Below, one piece after another: positions 24,031 to 36,930 of a stretch of 64,000 nt of DNA. Numbering within the stretch: position 1 is the stretch's first letter; the number at the start of each line of letters is the position of its first letter. Location: assembly GCF_964355755.1 (NCBI RefSeq), contig NC_092678.1, positions 636,422 to 700,421 of the forward strand, given 5' to 3'. The DNA comes from Antedon mediterranea. Taxonomy: Eukaryota; Animalia; Echinodermata. The notes beneath the pieces were generated by a model. It saw nothing but the letters and a program-made list of their open reading frames with translations. It had not been told where the DNA came from and did no database searches. A program made the translations under genes and the position numbers.

Positions 24031-27000
24031 ATGAATCGTAACAGCAATAGATCATCAAGTGGTAGCCGTGCATCAAATGGAAGCCGTGCATCGCTAGCGC
24101 CTCTACGTATTAAACAAGAAAATGCACACGGTATGACTTTAATTTTTTTGTTTGACATTTTATTTAGACAGCATATAGGTTGGCTTAAAAATCAAAATTG
24201 TATTACATAATCTTTCTTGATATTTTTAGCTGGGTCAAGAGGTCGGTCTTTAGCTGGCGGACGTTTGTCGACAGGAGCAAGTTCAAAGGCATCAACCAGT
24301 CGAAGTTCACTGGGCACGTCAAAGAAATCATTGATTCCTAAAGCCAACATGGGTGGCCTTAGCAAAAGGTTTGTGTCTTAAAAACAAATAATTGTGCAGG
24401 ATTAAATATACTAGAAGGTGGTGATAATAAAAGGTAGAAATGTGCCCAGTGTGAAAGAACAGTTAAAAATGCATCAATATTTTTCAATGATAGTTTTTCT
24501 TATTTTAATACAGTAGGCGGTCAAGTAACTATGGACGTCAAACCTATGGACATGAGGTGGTCAAGGACCCACGCCCTATCAGTGATAAATCATTCATGCA
24601 TCGTGAAATCAAAGATATCGTTGAGGTAAACTTCTCTCTCATTTTCCTTCTCTGGTTATTTTGGTAGCTTATCATTTCATTCTAATATCTAATACAATGT
24701 TGTTTTTTATTTCAGTTTCTGGTAGACAATCGCTATCCCACACCGGTAACAACTAAGTCACTAGTGACGCCAACAACCAAGGACTTTCTCAGAATATTTG
24801 AGTTTATTTATGCATTTTTGGAACCAAAATTTGTGATTCCTACAAAGCATGAGGAAGAGTTACCAAAAATATTGAAAACAATTGGGTGAGGAGAGAGATG
24901 ACAGGTTCTGTATTAAAAATAGTTTAAATGAAACAAAACCTATAAATCACTAATGCTCAAAAGGTCATCGCTCTTAAATTGACCCTCTTGTTTTATCTAC
25001 AAAAGTACTTAAATCCTACCCCAAGGGTTTTTCACACAAGCGCCACTAGTTTGGAACCAGCTTCCACTCCGTATCTGTCAATGTAAATTTCTTAAGCAAT
25101 TCAAATCACTTCTAAAATCTTACCTTTTTCAATAATTCTTGTTGGTCTTTTAACACTGTGAAACATCAGTAAATAGAACTTTATAAATGTTTATTATTAT
25201 TATTAATGCAAACTGACTTAACGTGATGTTTTTAATTTGTTTATATCTTGTGTTTTCTAGCTACCTATTTACCATTAGTAAGAGCTCCCTTTATACCATT
25301 GGTAGCCCTCATAAGTGGCCTCATCTACTGGCCCAACGTGATGTTTTTAATTTGTTTATATCTTGTTTTCTAGCTACCCATTTACCATTAGTAAGAGCTC
25401 CCTTTATACCATTGGTAGCCCTCATACGTGGCCTCATCTACTGGCCTAACGTGATGTTTTTAATTTGTTTATATCTTGTGTTTTCTAGCTATCCATTTAC
25501 CATTAGTAAGAGCTCCCTTTATACCATTGGTAGCCCTCATACGTGGCCTCATCTACTGGCCTAACGTGATGTTTTTAATTTGTTTATATCTTGTGTTTTC
25601 TAGCTATCCATTTACCATTAGTAAGAGCTCCCTTTATACCATTGGTAGCCCTCATATGTGGCCTCATCTACTGGCCTAACGTGATGTTTTTAATTTGTTT
25701 ATATCTTGTGTTTTCTAGCTATCCATTTACCATTAGTAAGAGCTCCCTTTATACCATTGGTAGCCCTCATATGTGGCCTCATCTACTGGCCTAACGTGAT
25801 GTTTTTAATTTGTTTATATCTTGTGTTTTCTAGCTATCCATTTACCATTAGTAAGAGCTCCCTTTATACCATTGGTAGCCCTCATACGTGGCCTCATCTA
25901 CTGGCCTAACGTGATGTTTTTAATTTGTTTATATCTTGTGTTTTCTAGCTATCCATTTACCATTAGTAAGAGCTCCCTTTATACCATTGGTAGCCCTCAT
26001 ATGTGGCCTCATCTACTGGCCTAACGTGATGTTTTTAATTTGTTTATATCTTGTGTTTTCTAGCTATCCATTTACCATTAGTAAGAGCTCCCTTTATACC
26101 ATTGGTAGCCCTCATATGTGGCCTCATCTACTGGCCTAACGTGATGTTTTTAATTTGTTTATATCTTGTGTTTTCTAGCTATCCATTTACCATTAGTAAG
26201 AGCTCCCTTTATACCATTGGTAGCCCTCATACGTGGCCTCATCTACTGGCAGCTCTGCATTGGCTTATGGAATTAGTAAAGGTAATAATTCAATCTTATA
26301 TCTATGTTGAAATACAAAAAAAAAAAATACAATCAATGAACCCTTACAGACTGTATAAAGATGCCCAAATAAGGAATAAAGATGCCTAAAGAAGTAATAA
26401 AGTTTCCCAAATGAGGAATAAAGATGCCCAAATAAAGAATAAAAATGCCCAAATAAGTAATAAAGATGCCCAAATAAGGGATAAAGATTCCCAAATAAGG
26501 AATCAAACAGCAACAAAAAGATGAAACATCTTTAGAATCAATATCTTGATCTACAGTATTTGAAGAGGAGTGCTAGTTAATCAAACCTAGCACCATTTTG
26601 ATTTTATGGTCATTCAGAAAAGTATCTAATGCAAAACATTACTAATTTTTTTGTAGTGTGGAATGAATATGAAGCCAGAAGTAATGCTGTATCAATGTGA
26701 AGATGATATTGCAGACGAGTTTGATGGTAAAACTGAAGCTCAGGTAAGTATATTATGTAAATAAAAGCTTAGCAGTTTGATAAGTACCCTGGCAGAATGC
26801 TTAGCAGTTAAATAAGTACCAAGACAGAATGCTAAGCAGTTCAATAAGTACCAAGACAGAATGCTAAGCAGTTCAATAAGTACCAAGACAGAATGCTAAG
26901 CAGTTCAATAAGTACCAAGACAGAATGCTAAGCAGTTCAATAAGTACCAAGACAGAATGTTAAGCAGTTCAATAAGTACCAAGACAGAATGCTAAGCAGT

Positions 27001-30000
27001 TAAATAAGTACATAAATGCTAATGTAGGAACATCATTGTCAATACCATTTTTGTTTTTATTTGTCAGATTCTGTATGAGTTTGTAGAATGTACGTATGAT
27101 GCATTTTTAGCTGGGTCAGATGAATATGAGGAAGAAGAGAAAGCCCTTGCGCAAGAATTTAGTAAGTTGTTGAATCGTTCATGAAAACTTATATGGCGTT
27201 ATCCTAACGATGTGAAAGACTAATAATAATTCATTATGTCATTGCCTCATACTTCAGATGGGTCTTTAAGCCGTTGGTCGTGTACTTAGCACATGTCTAC
27301 GATAAAGAACTTGGAAGAGGTTATTCAAAAATAGTAGAGAATTGTTTTTGGGTGTGCGGCCCTCTGGGAGGGAGAACAGTTTTGTTCTGAAAAGTTCACC
27401 CATTATTAAAAAGATAAATAAAACACCGGAGACCTCACATAGGAGACGCAGCAATGTGTGTTTTGAAGTTTGTGATTATTTAGCTGCAATATTAAATTGT
27501 GATTATTCGTTACAGGGCGCAAAGCAGTATGTGTGGCGGGTGACATGCAGCAACTGGAGGCAGAGAAGCAAAGACTAAGAGCAGAGTTACAAGTCTTAGA
27601 AAATGAACCAGTAATACAATTATCTTCAATACTCATTAATCAATTCAGTATCTGTTTGTTTTTTTAATTAATAGTGGAGCTTTTGGGTCGTGGCTACCTA
27701 GTGTATGACCTACATGTCATAGGTCATTGTGTGACCTACATGTCAAAACCACTGAACTTGTTCCTAGGTTGTTGATTGTATCTCTTTTTAGCTTTACAAA
27801 ATGCTTCAAATTTGTTAATAGTATCATATCATTTATTTTGCCATATAGAAAAAACAAACAGAACCAATGTAAATCTATGAGACAGGATTACCTAAATGTT
27901 ATAACAAAAATAACAGTATAACCATAGTTACAGTAAACAGAATAGTTTTAGTAATCATAAAACAATTTGCTTTCTTCAGTGCCAATTAACTTTGTTGCAA
28001 GAACGCTATCAGGTGATGCAGATTGACAACAACCGTTTCAAGAACTACCTGATAGAACTTGACAATCACAGACGAGCACAAGAACAAAAACTGACAGAGG
28101 TTGACTGCAGATACCAACAAGAAGGTAAGGCGAGCTCACTGTTTAATTAGACATAATAAGACTTAAGTACGCCCCTATCTCCAATTTACACAGTGTAGAT
28201 CCTATGCTAAGGCTCCATTAATGTTTTAAATACAAACTTTTAATGGAACCACACAGAAATCAACATACTATTGTGTATTATATTACACAGGATTGATGAC
28301 ATCAATATTCATGTTATGCGTACAATAATGGTACGTCCTATTATCATACTTGCTTAAGCTCTGTCTACACTATCAAAGTTTATGTGACAAAATAAATGTG
28401 ATGTACCCTTATATGGTCATATCACTACCATATGTGGGCATATCACTACCATATATGGTCATATCACTACCATGTGTGGGCACTAGAACAAGTATTATTT
28501 TTGCAGCTCTTGCATATGAGCAAACACAAGCTGAAAACCAACAGCTGCAACACATCTTTGACACCCAGGAGCTGAGTGCTACGGACGTTGAGAGGATCAA
28601 AATGCAACAAAGAGAACTGGCACAAACACTGCAAGCTTTGGAGAAAGAAAAAGAATCACTTGATCGAGAAATATGGCAAGAAGAGAAAGCGATAGCAAAG
28701 AAGAGAGAACAGGTTCGAATTTGTCAACAAACTATCATATACAGTAGAACCTCCATTTTACGTACGGTACGGGACCGAAAGGCGTACGTAAAACAAGGGA
28801 TTCGTAAAATCAAGGTTGACCTTAACTTGACCCCAAATACGTAGAGATCGTAGCTAGCCGTATTTGCCTACTTCTGTACTGTGTACAGTATGCGTCACTA
28901 GCTTAGCTAGGCCTAGGCTATTCAGGCTAGGCTAGCAGGGCTAGCAAGATGTGAGGCCTAACTAGAAAAGTACAGTTATACAGGCTGTGCGATGTTTAAA
29001 TAAAGTGTAAAATATAATTGTTTTCTATCAATAAAAACAGTCGCTGCTTTAGGGGGAATGCACGTGCGTAGCTTGTCCCCCACACACAGCAGAATTCCTC
29101 ACACAGCCATGATTGTGGCTTTGTGTGCTTTGTTGTTGTTAAATTGCGCCCTCAATGTAAGAAAATGATGACGTCATCGGTTATTTTAAGCGTACGTAAA
29201 ATCGAGGGAACGTAAAATCAGGGTACGTAAAACACAGGTTCTACTGTAGTTGTATATTAAAAAAAATTTAAGCATGGATATATTATACAGTCGCCTCCGC
29301 CTAAGTCGAATCTAATGGGACCGGTATAAAAATTTGAGTTACGCGAACTTCGACTTACAGATTTGCAAAAAAATGCTAGGCCTAGGTTCACTCACTAGCT
29401 GCGCTATAGCTAGGCCTAGTAGACCCTGCCCTGTCGCGATCGCGGCCCACGCGATGAGCCTTCTTGAATTGAGTTGGCTTAGCTAGCTAGCTAGGCCTAA
29501 TAAATGCTAAGCCTCTTTTATCGGCAATGATAAACTGTATTTTCTTTTATGGTTTAAGCCCGAAACAATACAAAAACGTATAATAAATACATTTCGGTTC
29601 TTATTCGAAATCGGTATCCATTGTTTATTGCCATCTGTCTAGCACAAAATGGGTACCCACAAAACGCCGCTCAAGTTCTCAACTCTGAAAAAACAACTCA
29701 TACACTATACACTAGCGCGAGTTGTAGGACGCCGCCTATACTATACAACCTGCTTGAGAGAACCAATATGGTCCCACATTATCTCCTCTGTCGTTTGTTT
29801 ATCGAATTACGTACGTTTCATCGGCTTTTTTAGCGCGTTGTTGCCGCGTGATTTGTGACTTCGACTTATACGATATAAATCACTAAAGAATGTGTGTATT
29901 CGGACCGCAAAAAGACGTCGGCTTAGACGAATTTCGACTTAGAAAAATTCGACTTACAAATAAAAATTACACAGTAATGTATAGGAAAGAATTGGGACTT

Positions 30001-32568
30001 TCATAAAAATTCGACTTTCGCGATTTTTCGACTTACACGAATTCGACTGTAATTATAACTGTATTTCAGCAATATACTGTAAGCCATGAATCATAATTGC
30101 ATCTTTTTGCCCAGGTGTACAGAGGACTATAATTTCACAATTTTTACTGAGAATCAATAATACTTTTAAAAGTTTAAATTGTAACCATGAAAGTTTAAAA
30201 CTTTACAGACGATTTTAACTAATTAATACAATGACAGACTTAAATAAACATTGCTTGTAAATTTAATAATTTGTTGTTTGTAGATCGACCAACAATGATA
30301 TTATATTTTCTATACCTAATAATTTATTCTAATAACCTAGATGCTATGACTAATAATAATAATAATTTAATAATTTGTTGTTTGTAGATCGACCAACAAG
30401 CTCAAACGTACAACAACATGGCTCGTAAGTTGAAGCTGATTCCCTCAACTGCAGAGAACGCTCATGGCATTGATTATGAACTAAGACTTAACTTTGTCTC
30501 ACAACATCCAGACCACAATAGCATGATGAACTTTGCTAACATGATCAAGGTTTGTAGTGACATCTGTCTACACTATCTTACTTTATGTCTAAAAATGTGA
30601 TGTGCTCATATATGGATATGATGATGTCATATCACTACCCTATTTGGACATATCACTACCCTAGTTAGTGTAAACAGAGATGTGTTTTCAGTTTTCTAAT
30701 CTTGTTTCCACAGGTATTTTAATTTAGATTCTCTCTACTATGTGTTTGATCTTTCCGGAAAAGTCTTAATAAATAATTTTAATCTTTGAACTGCCCAGGA
30801 TTTTTAGGGTAGATACAGACAACTGTATACCAAATAAATTAAAAAAGAATTTTATTATGAATTCATCATATGTATTTGTATCGAATTAAATGATTTTTTA
30901 TTTTTTTTGGTAGCCTGCTTTGTTACAGTTAAAGAAACAGGTAAAAGAGACCCTCCATGATATCACTAATAAACTTGCCATGGAAAAGGAAACGTTGGAA
31001 CAGGTCAGTAGCAAAATTAACCTTTGACATTGTGTCAGGTCATACACTATTTGACCTATTAACCTACAACAAAGCAAACGTCAACAAAAGTATATAAAAA
31101 TTTTTATTTTAATAAGTTGATACTATTTATTTTATTGAAGATCTCAGAGATGGTTGAAAATAAACAAGATGAAATTGGACTTCAGGAAACCAAATTAGAA
31201 AGAGCTGAAAGGGAGTTCTTAAGTCATAAAGAGGTACATACATTAAATATATAGATATCAGCATCACTGGTTACAATAAGAGAATAGATATTGGACAGAT
31301 GAATAAGCATTGTTTGCTGGCAACTGTTGCTTGTATTCCCCACATTTACAGGCTATTCCGCACATTTACAGGCTATTCCGCACATTTACAGGCTATTCCC
31401 CACATTTACAGGCTATTCCCCACATTTACAGGCTATTCCCCACATTTACATATAACTATAATCATAAAATAAAACCAGAACATTAAAGTTGGAATGAGAA
31501 CGCAAACCTCTTGATTTAACAGGAATACCGTACAACAATATCAAACCTAAAACACTTTTATAAAGAAACATCTTACTCAGATAGTCTATGTTTTGTATTT
31601 GCAGCGTTTGAACAAAGAATACAAATCGAGTATCGAACAGGTTCATATTCTAGAGTCAGAGTTTCTTGAATTAAAACAACTTTCGGAAACAGATGTGGAA
31701 ATCCAAGCTAGAGAATTGGCCGAGATGAAACGAAAGTAAGAGTTTTCTACAAAAGTACCCTCTTTACTTTGAGGGTAATTATGGTTTAATGCTGTTACTC
31801 TGTATGTATTCCTAGTATACAACATTCAACACTTAAGCTTGGTTCTCACTAGGATGCAAGGCAAGGACGTAGATGCAAACGAGTTGCTTCATTGCTTCTT
31901 GTGATTGGTCAAATCCCTTGCATTACTGTTGTGTTGCGTCTCTATTGAGAACCAACCGTTAATTTTAAGAGTTGCTGACGATGTAATGGTATTTCCCTTG
32001 GCCTAACCTACAACATAACTAAAGCACTCTCTACACTATATTTGACAAAAAAAGTGTGATGTACCCAAATATGGTAGTGATATTTCCAAATATGGTGCAG
32101 TGATATGACATCTTCATGTCCATATGAGCACATCTCATTGTTTGTTGTCACATAAAGTTTGATAGTGTGGACAGAGCTTAACATTTTCTTCTATCTAAGG
32201 GCTCATCAAGAGTTATTGAAAATGAATGAGGAGAAGAATCAGTACAACAGTTTCCTGCTAGATGCTGTGAATGTCATCCTACAACATAAAACAGAAATAC
32301 AGGTATGCTATACTAAGACGTCACATGGGGTTTGGTTCGCTCTTCTATCGACCTGAAGATGCAGTTCTAATTTATCCCCATTTGTAAAAACATGGTTGTT
32401 CTTCCCTTAACATTAAATATTATGTACAGTATAAACATTAAAAAAAATTGTAATGATTGTATTAATTTGTGTACTACTAAATACAGTATATTATTTTTTA
32501 AATATTTTCAGGAACGGATTGAGCAATTGCACAGAAAAGCAGAAGAGGATCTTGCCGAGTTGGAGTAA
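24031..32568 (+). CDS. NDC80: Kinetochore protein NDC80/HEC1, 16 coding exons, about 628 aa
   Basis: Exons: 24031-24130, 24230-24368, 24514-24625, 24716-24885, 26179-26281, 26657-26743, 27068-27161, 27516-27610, 27980-28124, 28507-28712, 30388-30549, 30914-31003, 31141-31233, 31605-31735, 32200-32302, 32512-32568. Has a basic Ser/Arg N-terminal tail, CH-domain motifs [25 protein letters not shown] and [30 protein letters not shown], the loop [20 protein letters not shown], and a long coiled coil. Confidence 0.96.
25218..26250 (+). repeat. 115-bp tandem array, 9 copies, each holding a branch-point-like motif, pyrimidine tract, AG and the first 72 nt of NDC80 exon 5
   Basis: Acceptor AGs end at 25260, 25373, 25488, 25603, 25718, 25833, 25948, 26063 and 26178. 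Only the last continues into GCA GCT CTG CAT TGG...AAG|gt. Confidence 0.95.
26355..26500. repeat. Degenerate 21-bp tandem repeat
   Basis: aataaagatgcccaaataagg-like units. Confidence 0.8.
26766..27010. repeat. 32-bp minisatellite, about 7 copies
   Basis: Unit aagcagttcaataagtaccaagacagaatgct. Confidence 0.92.
28742..29246. mobile_element. Non-autonomous Tc1/pogo-like MITE
   Basis: TA-CAGTAGAACCT ... AGGTTCTACTG-TA, with internal cgtaaaa sub-terminal repeats and no transposase. Confidence 0.85.
29288..30049. mobile_element. Non-autonomous pogo-like MITE
   Basis: TA-CAGTCG...TAAGTCGAA at the left and TTCGACTTA...CGACTG-TA at the right, with repeated ttcgactta sub-terminal motifs. Confidence 0.85.
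31335..31450. repeat. 20-bp minisatellite, about 6 copies
   Basis: Unit attcc(c/g)cacatttacaggct. Confidence 0.9.
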
Positions 32569-33699
32569 TGTCATCATTTAACAACTACAGAACCTATGAT
32601 TTGTGAAATTACCTATACACTTGTTACGTTATATAGAAAACTAATTTACCAAACTAAATAGCATTTTTTCCATATTAATTTTGGAACATTTTCTTTCTAT
32701 TAAATTTGCTAAATGTTAGTTATTGTTATTTACATTTTTGTTGTTGTTACATAATAATGACAAAATATAACTATTAAAATTGTAAAAAGGTAGTTTATGC
32801 ATAGTGTAATCATAGTGTAATCATAGTGTAATCATTAATGCCATATTTGTATTAGTTTAGTATTTTGTGTAGTAAAATACAAAAATCATTGTAACCATTA
32901 ATAGTTTTGAGAGTACTGAAGACTACTGTATTTAACATTATATGATAATTATTAACAATTGCCTACTGTACATATTCAAATTTGTTCTGTAAAAAATATG
33001 TTTGATTTTGTTTAGCTGTCGAGAAAGTATAATTAAAACTTTTTTGAAAAGAATTTAATCCTTGTAAATTAACACAGAGTTACAATTTGTTTAATGACAA
33101 CCAATTTACAGAATTTTGAAAAACTGACATACAGGTCAACTAAAAAATCAATGATGGGTCATTTAGGGTGGATTATCTGGGGTGGCATGCCTACTGTATT
33201 ATCAGCGACGGGCCATTTAGGGGCGGATCCAGTGTTATAGATTAGTGGGGGGGGGGGGGGCGGCTAAATATTTCATAAATGATAAAAACTATCAGTCGGG
33301 TTGCAATAAAATAACAATACCGTAGTCATTATTTTATTTAAAAAAAGATAAGGCTGGTAAATTTACAAGACTCTAGTATATGATGGACCACAAGAGTGCA
33401 GAGAACCTAATTTGTGACCAGTGGCGGATCCAGGATTTTGAAATACTGTAGGGGAATGAAGTGCTGAACTTCATTTAATGTCCTGTCTTTTGCATTACAA
33501 TTTAGAGGGCGGGCCCCTTGAATCCTCCCGTTGTGACTGACAGATACTATGCAAGATATAAAGTCTGGATTTACAGTTAGGATGTACTTTTTTTTATAAC
33601 ACTGACTTTTTACACAAACTAATAATAATAATAATTGCAGGAAGCATGGTCTGGTTCCTAGACTTAAATTAAATAAAAAAATTCTTACCTTAAAACATC

Positions 33700-34340
33700 G
33701 TTGAACGGTGACTGGTATTATGAAATCCAAATGGGTAAAATTGAGTACAACAATTGTCATGCTTATAAATCCACATGGTAGTTCTGTATAATAGTCAACA
33801 CACTTGTATGCAAATGCTATGTTTATAAATCCACATGGCTGTGTACAATTGTCATTCTTATAAATCCACATGTAGGCTGAGTACAATTGTCATTATTATC
33901 AATCCACATGGCTAAGTTGTCATCACTTTTCATGGCCTATACTTCACATGGTAGTTAGTCAACACACTTGAAATGCAATGAATCCACATGGCTAAGTTGT
34001 CATCACTTTTCATGGCCTATACTTCACATGGTAGTTAGTCAACACACTTGAAATGCAATGAATCCACATGGCTAAGTTGTCATCACTTTTCATGGCCTAT
34101 ACTTCACATGGTAGTTAGTCAACACACTTGCAATGCAATGAATCCACATGGCTAATTAGTACAATAGTAAACACATAATACACCTACATTAATGTTAGAT
34201 GCATGGAGTTTCCTCCATGGTAGAATAATAACAATCCACACATGGCTAAACCTGTGACACTTGTATAGCAATCCACATGGGCTGTAGTTTCTTGTATGTC
34301 AATATTATCAATGCACATGGGTTGCAGTACAACACTATTC
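33700..34340. repeat. Degenerate ccacatgg-motif repeat region containing three near-perfect 80-bp copies (33901-34153)
   Basis: aatccacatggctaagttgtcatcacttttcatggcctatacttcacatggtagttagtcaacacacttgaaatgcaatg x3, flanked by older diverged units. Confidence 0.85.
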
Positions 34341-35002
34341 CTTGTATGTCAATAGCAATGGGTAAACAAGGGTATTAATTAACTACTGCTTTCTCTGCCT
34401 TCACACCATAAAATGACCACAATACCTTCACAATAGACTAACTCATTAATATGCATATCCAATTATCCAATCAATGCCTCCCACAATCTCATTTACATAG
34501 CAGATGTCTGTGCTGCTATGGTTACACTGGCCAAGGTCACTTGTAGTAGTAATTGGTAAAGAAAACATTAAATACATTCTATTTTATATATTTTTCCTCA
34601 CAAAAATGATACTGAACCAAAAAAAGTAAAGTCTGATAATTAATTTGAAATAAAAAAAAACAAATTTATCATTCAAATAAAATGATGTATACATTATACC
34701 TTTAAACTGTGTTCTTTCATTGCTTACATTTTGGTATTTCTTTTTTTTTTGTCTTCAGGTACAACACACTTTTATTTCTTCATCTACTAAAATATTGATT
34801 TACAATATATTGCACTTAATAATGATTGTACAATGCAATGCAGCTGACATTAGTTTTCAACAATCATTTCTTTCTCATTTTCTTACTATTGGTATTTATT
34901 GTGCATTTTTATATTAAAAAGTTATATCTGTAAAATTTCATTTCATTTGTTCGTCTCAAAACAATAAAAAATACAAACATAATAAATAACAGCCAGAACA
35001 TG

Positions 35003-36013
35003 AGACAGGGAACCCCAAAAGTGAACTAAATCACTGTCGGGTGGGGACACTTAGACAGGGAACCCCAAAAGTGAACTAAATCACTGTCGGGTGGGGACAC
35101 TTAGACAGGGAACCCCAAAAGTGAACTAAATCAATGTCGGGTGGGGACACTTAGACAGGGAACCCCAAAAGTGAACTAAATCAATGTCGGGTGGGGACAC
35201 TTAGACAGGGAACCCCAAAAGTGAACTAAATCAATGTCGGGTGGGGACACTTAGACAGGGAACCACAAAAGTGAACTAAATCAATGTTGGGTGGGGACAC
35301 TTAGACAGGGAACCCCAAGACAGGGAACCACAAAAGTGAACTAAGTCAATGTTGGGTGGAGACACTTAGACAGGGAACCCCAAGACAGGGAACCACAAAA
35401 GTGAACTAAGTCAATGTTGGGTGGGGACACTTAGACAGGGAACCCCAAAAGTGAACTAAGTCAATGTTGGGTGGGGACACTTAGACAGGGAACCCCAAGA
35501 CAGGGAACCACAAAAGTGAACTAAGTCAATGTTGGGTGGGGACACTTAGACAGGGAACCCCAAGACAGGGAACCACAAAAGTGAACTAAATCAATGTTGG
35601 GTGGGGACACTTAGACAGGGAACCCCAAGACAGGGAACCACAAAAGTGAACTAAGTCAATGTCGGGTGGGGACACTTAGACAGGGAACCCCAAGACAGGG
35701 AACCACAAAAGTGAACTAAATCAATGTCGGGTGGGGACACTTAGACAGGGAACCCCAAAAGTGAACTAAGTCAATGTTGGGTGGGGACACTTAGACAGGG
35801 AACCTCAAAAGTGAACTAAATCACTGTCGGGTGGGGACACTTAGACAGGGAACCCCAAAAGTGAACTAAGTCAATGTCGGGTGGGGACACTTAGACAGGG
35901 AACCCCAAAAGTGAACTAAGTCACTGTTGGGTGGGGACACTTAGACAGGGAACCCCAAGACAGGGAACCCCAAAAGTGAACTAAATCAATGTCGGGTGGG
36001 GACACTTAGACAG
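35003..36013. repeat. 50/65-bp minisatellite, about 18 copies
   Basis: Unit agacagggaaccccaaaagtgaactaaatcaatgtcgggtggggacactt; a variant carries an extra 15-bp agacagggaacccca. Confidence 0.95.
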
Positions 36014-36438
36014 CAGTCATTGGTTGCAAAAGTTATTCATAAATTTATATTTTGAAAATAAGAATACCGATATAATAAATAACATTGACACTTTTTTTTT
36101 GTATTACAGTTTATTTTACAGTTTATTTTCTATAGCACATAACTTAACATTCAAGGACCGTTTACATTCCATATAACATAATAAATTATTATTATTTTAC
36201 TATTAATAAACAGAAAAAAACATTAGTTGCATACTGAATATTTGATAACAATGATATGTAAAATTTAAAAAATACTGATTTAAAAAAAACATTTAATTAA
36301 ATAATATAAAGCACCAATTACGAATTAATTAATTTAAAGTAAACATAATCATACTTATATACACATTTATAATTATATAATATATAAAGAAAAATAATAT
36401 AAAGAAAATAATATAAGAACCAAATAGTATTGTATATA

Positions 36439-36930
36439 CAGTAGAACCACTGTCCTTGGGGATACACATATTCAGGGGATACCTATATTAAGGTGACACC
36501 CATATTCAGGGATACCTATATTCAGGGGACACCTATATTAAGGTGACACCCATATTCAGGGGACACCTCTATTCAGGGGACACCTCTATTCAGGGGACAC
36601 CTCTATTCAGTGGATACCCTATTCAGGGGATACCCTATTCAGGGGATACCCCTATTCAGGTGACACCCCTGTTCAGTGGATATACCCTATTCAGTGGACG
36701 AGTCCCTATTAAAGGGACACCCCAATTCAGGGGACACCCCAATTCAGGGGATACCTCTATTCAGGTGACACCACTATTCAGGGGACAACCCTATTCAGTG
36801 GATACCCTATTCAGGGGACATCCCTAATAAGGGGACAACCCTATTCAGTGGATAGCCTATTCAGGGAAAACCCCTATTCAGAGGACACTGAGAAGCATTA
36901 ACGGAAAACCCCTTTTAGGTGGCCCTTTAA
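36439..36930. repeat. 17-19-bp tandem array grown from a pogo-like MITE terminus
   Basis: Starts TA-CAGTAGAACC and continues as repeats of tattcaggggacaccc. Related short copies lie at ~3955, ~38635, ~43870 (reverse), ~47953 and ~57633. Confidence 0.8.

Noticed and set aside
25223-26139. Series of 67-aa ORFs suggesting a tandem gene family
   Set aside because: These are shifted-frame translations of the 115-bp NDC80 acceptor array.
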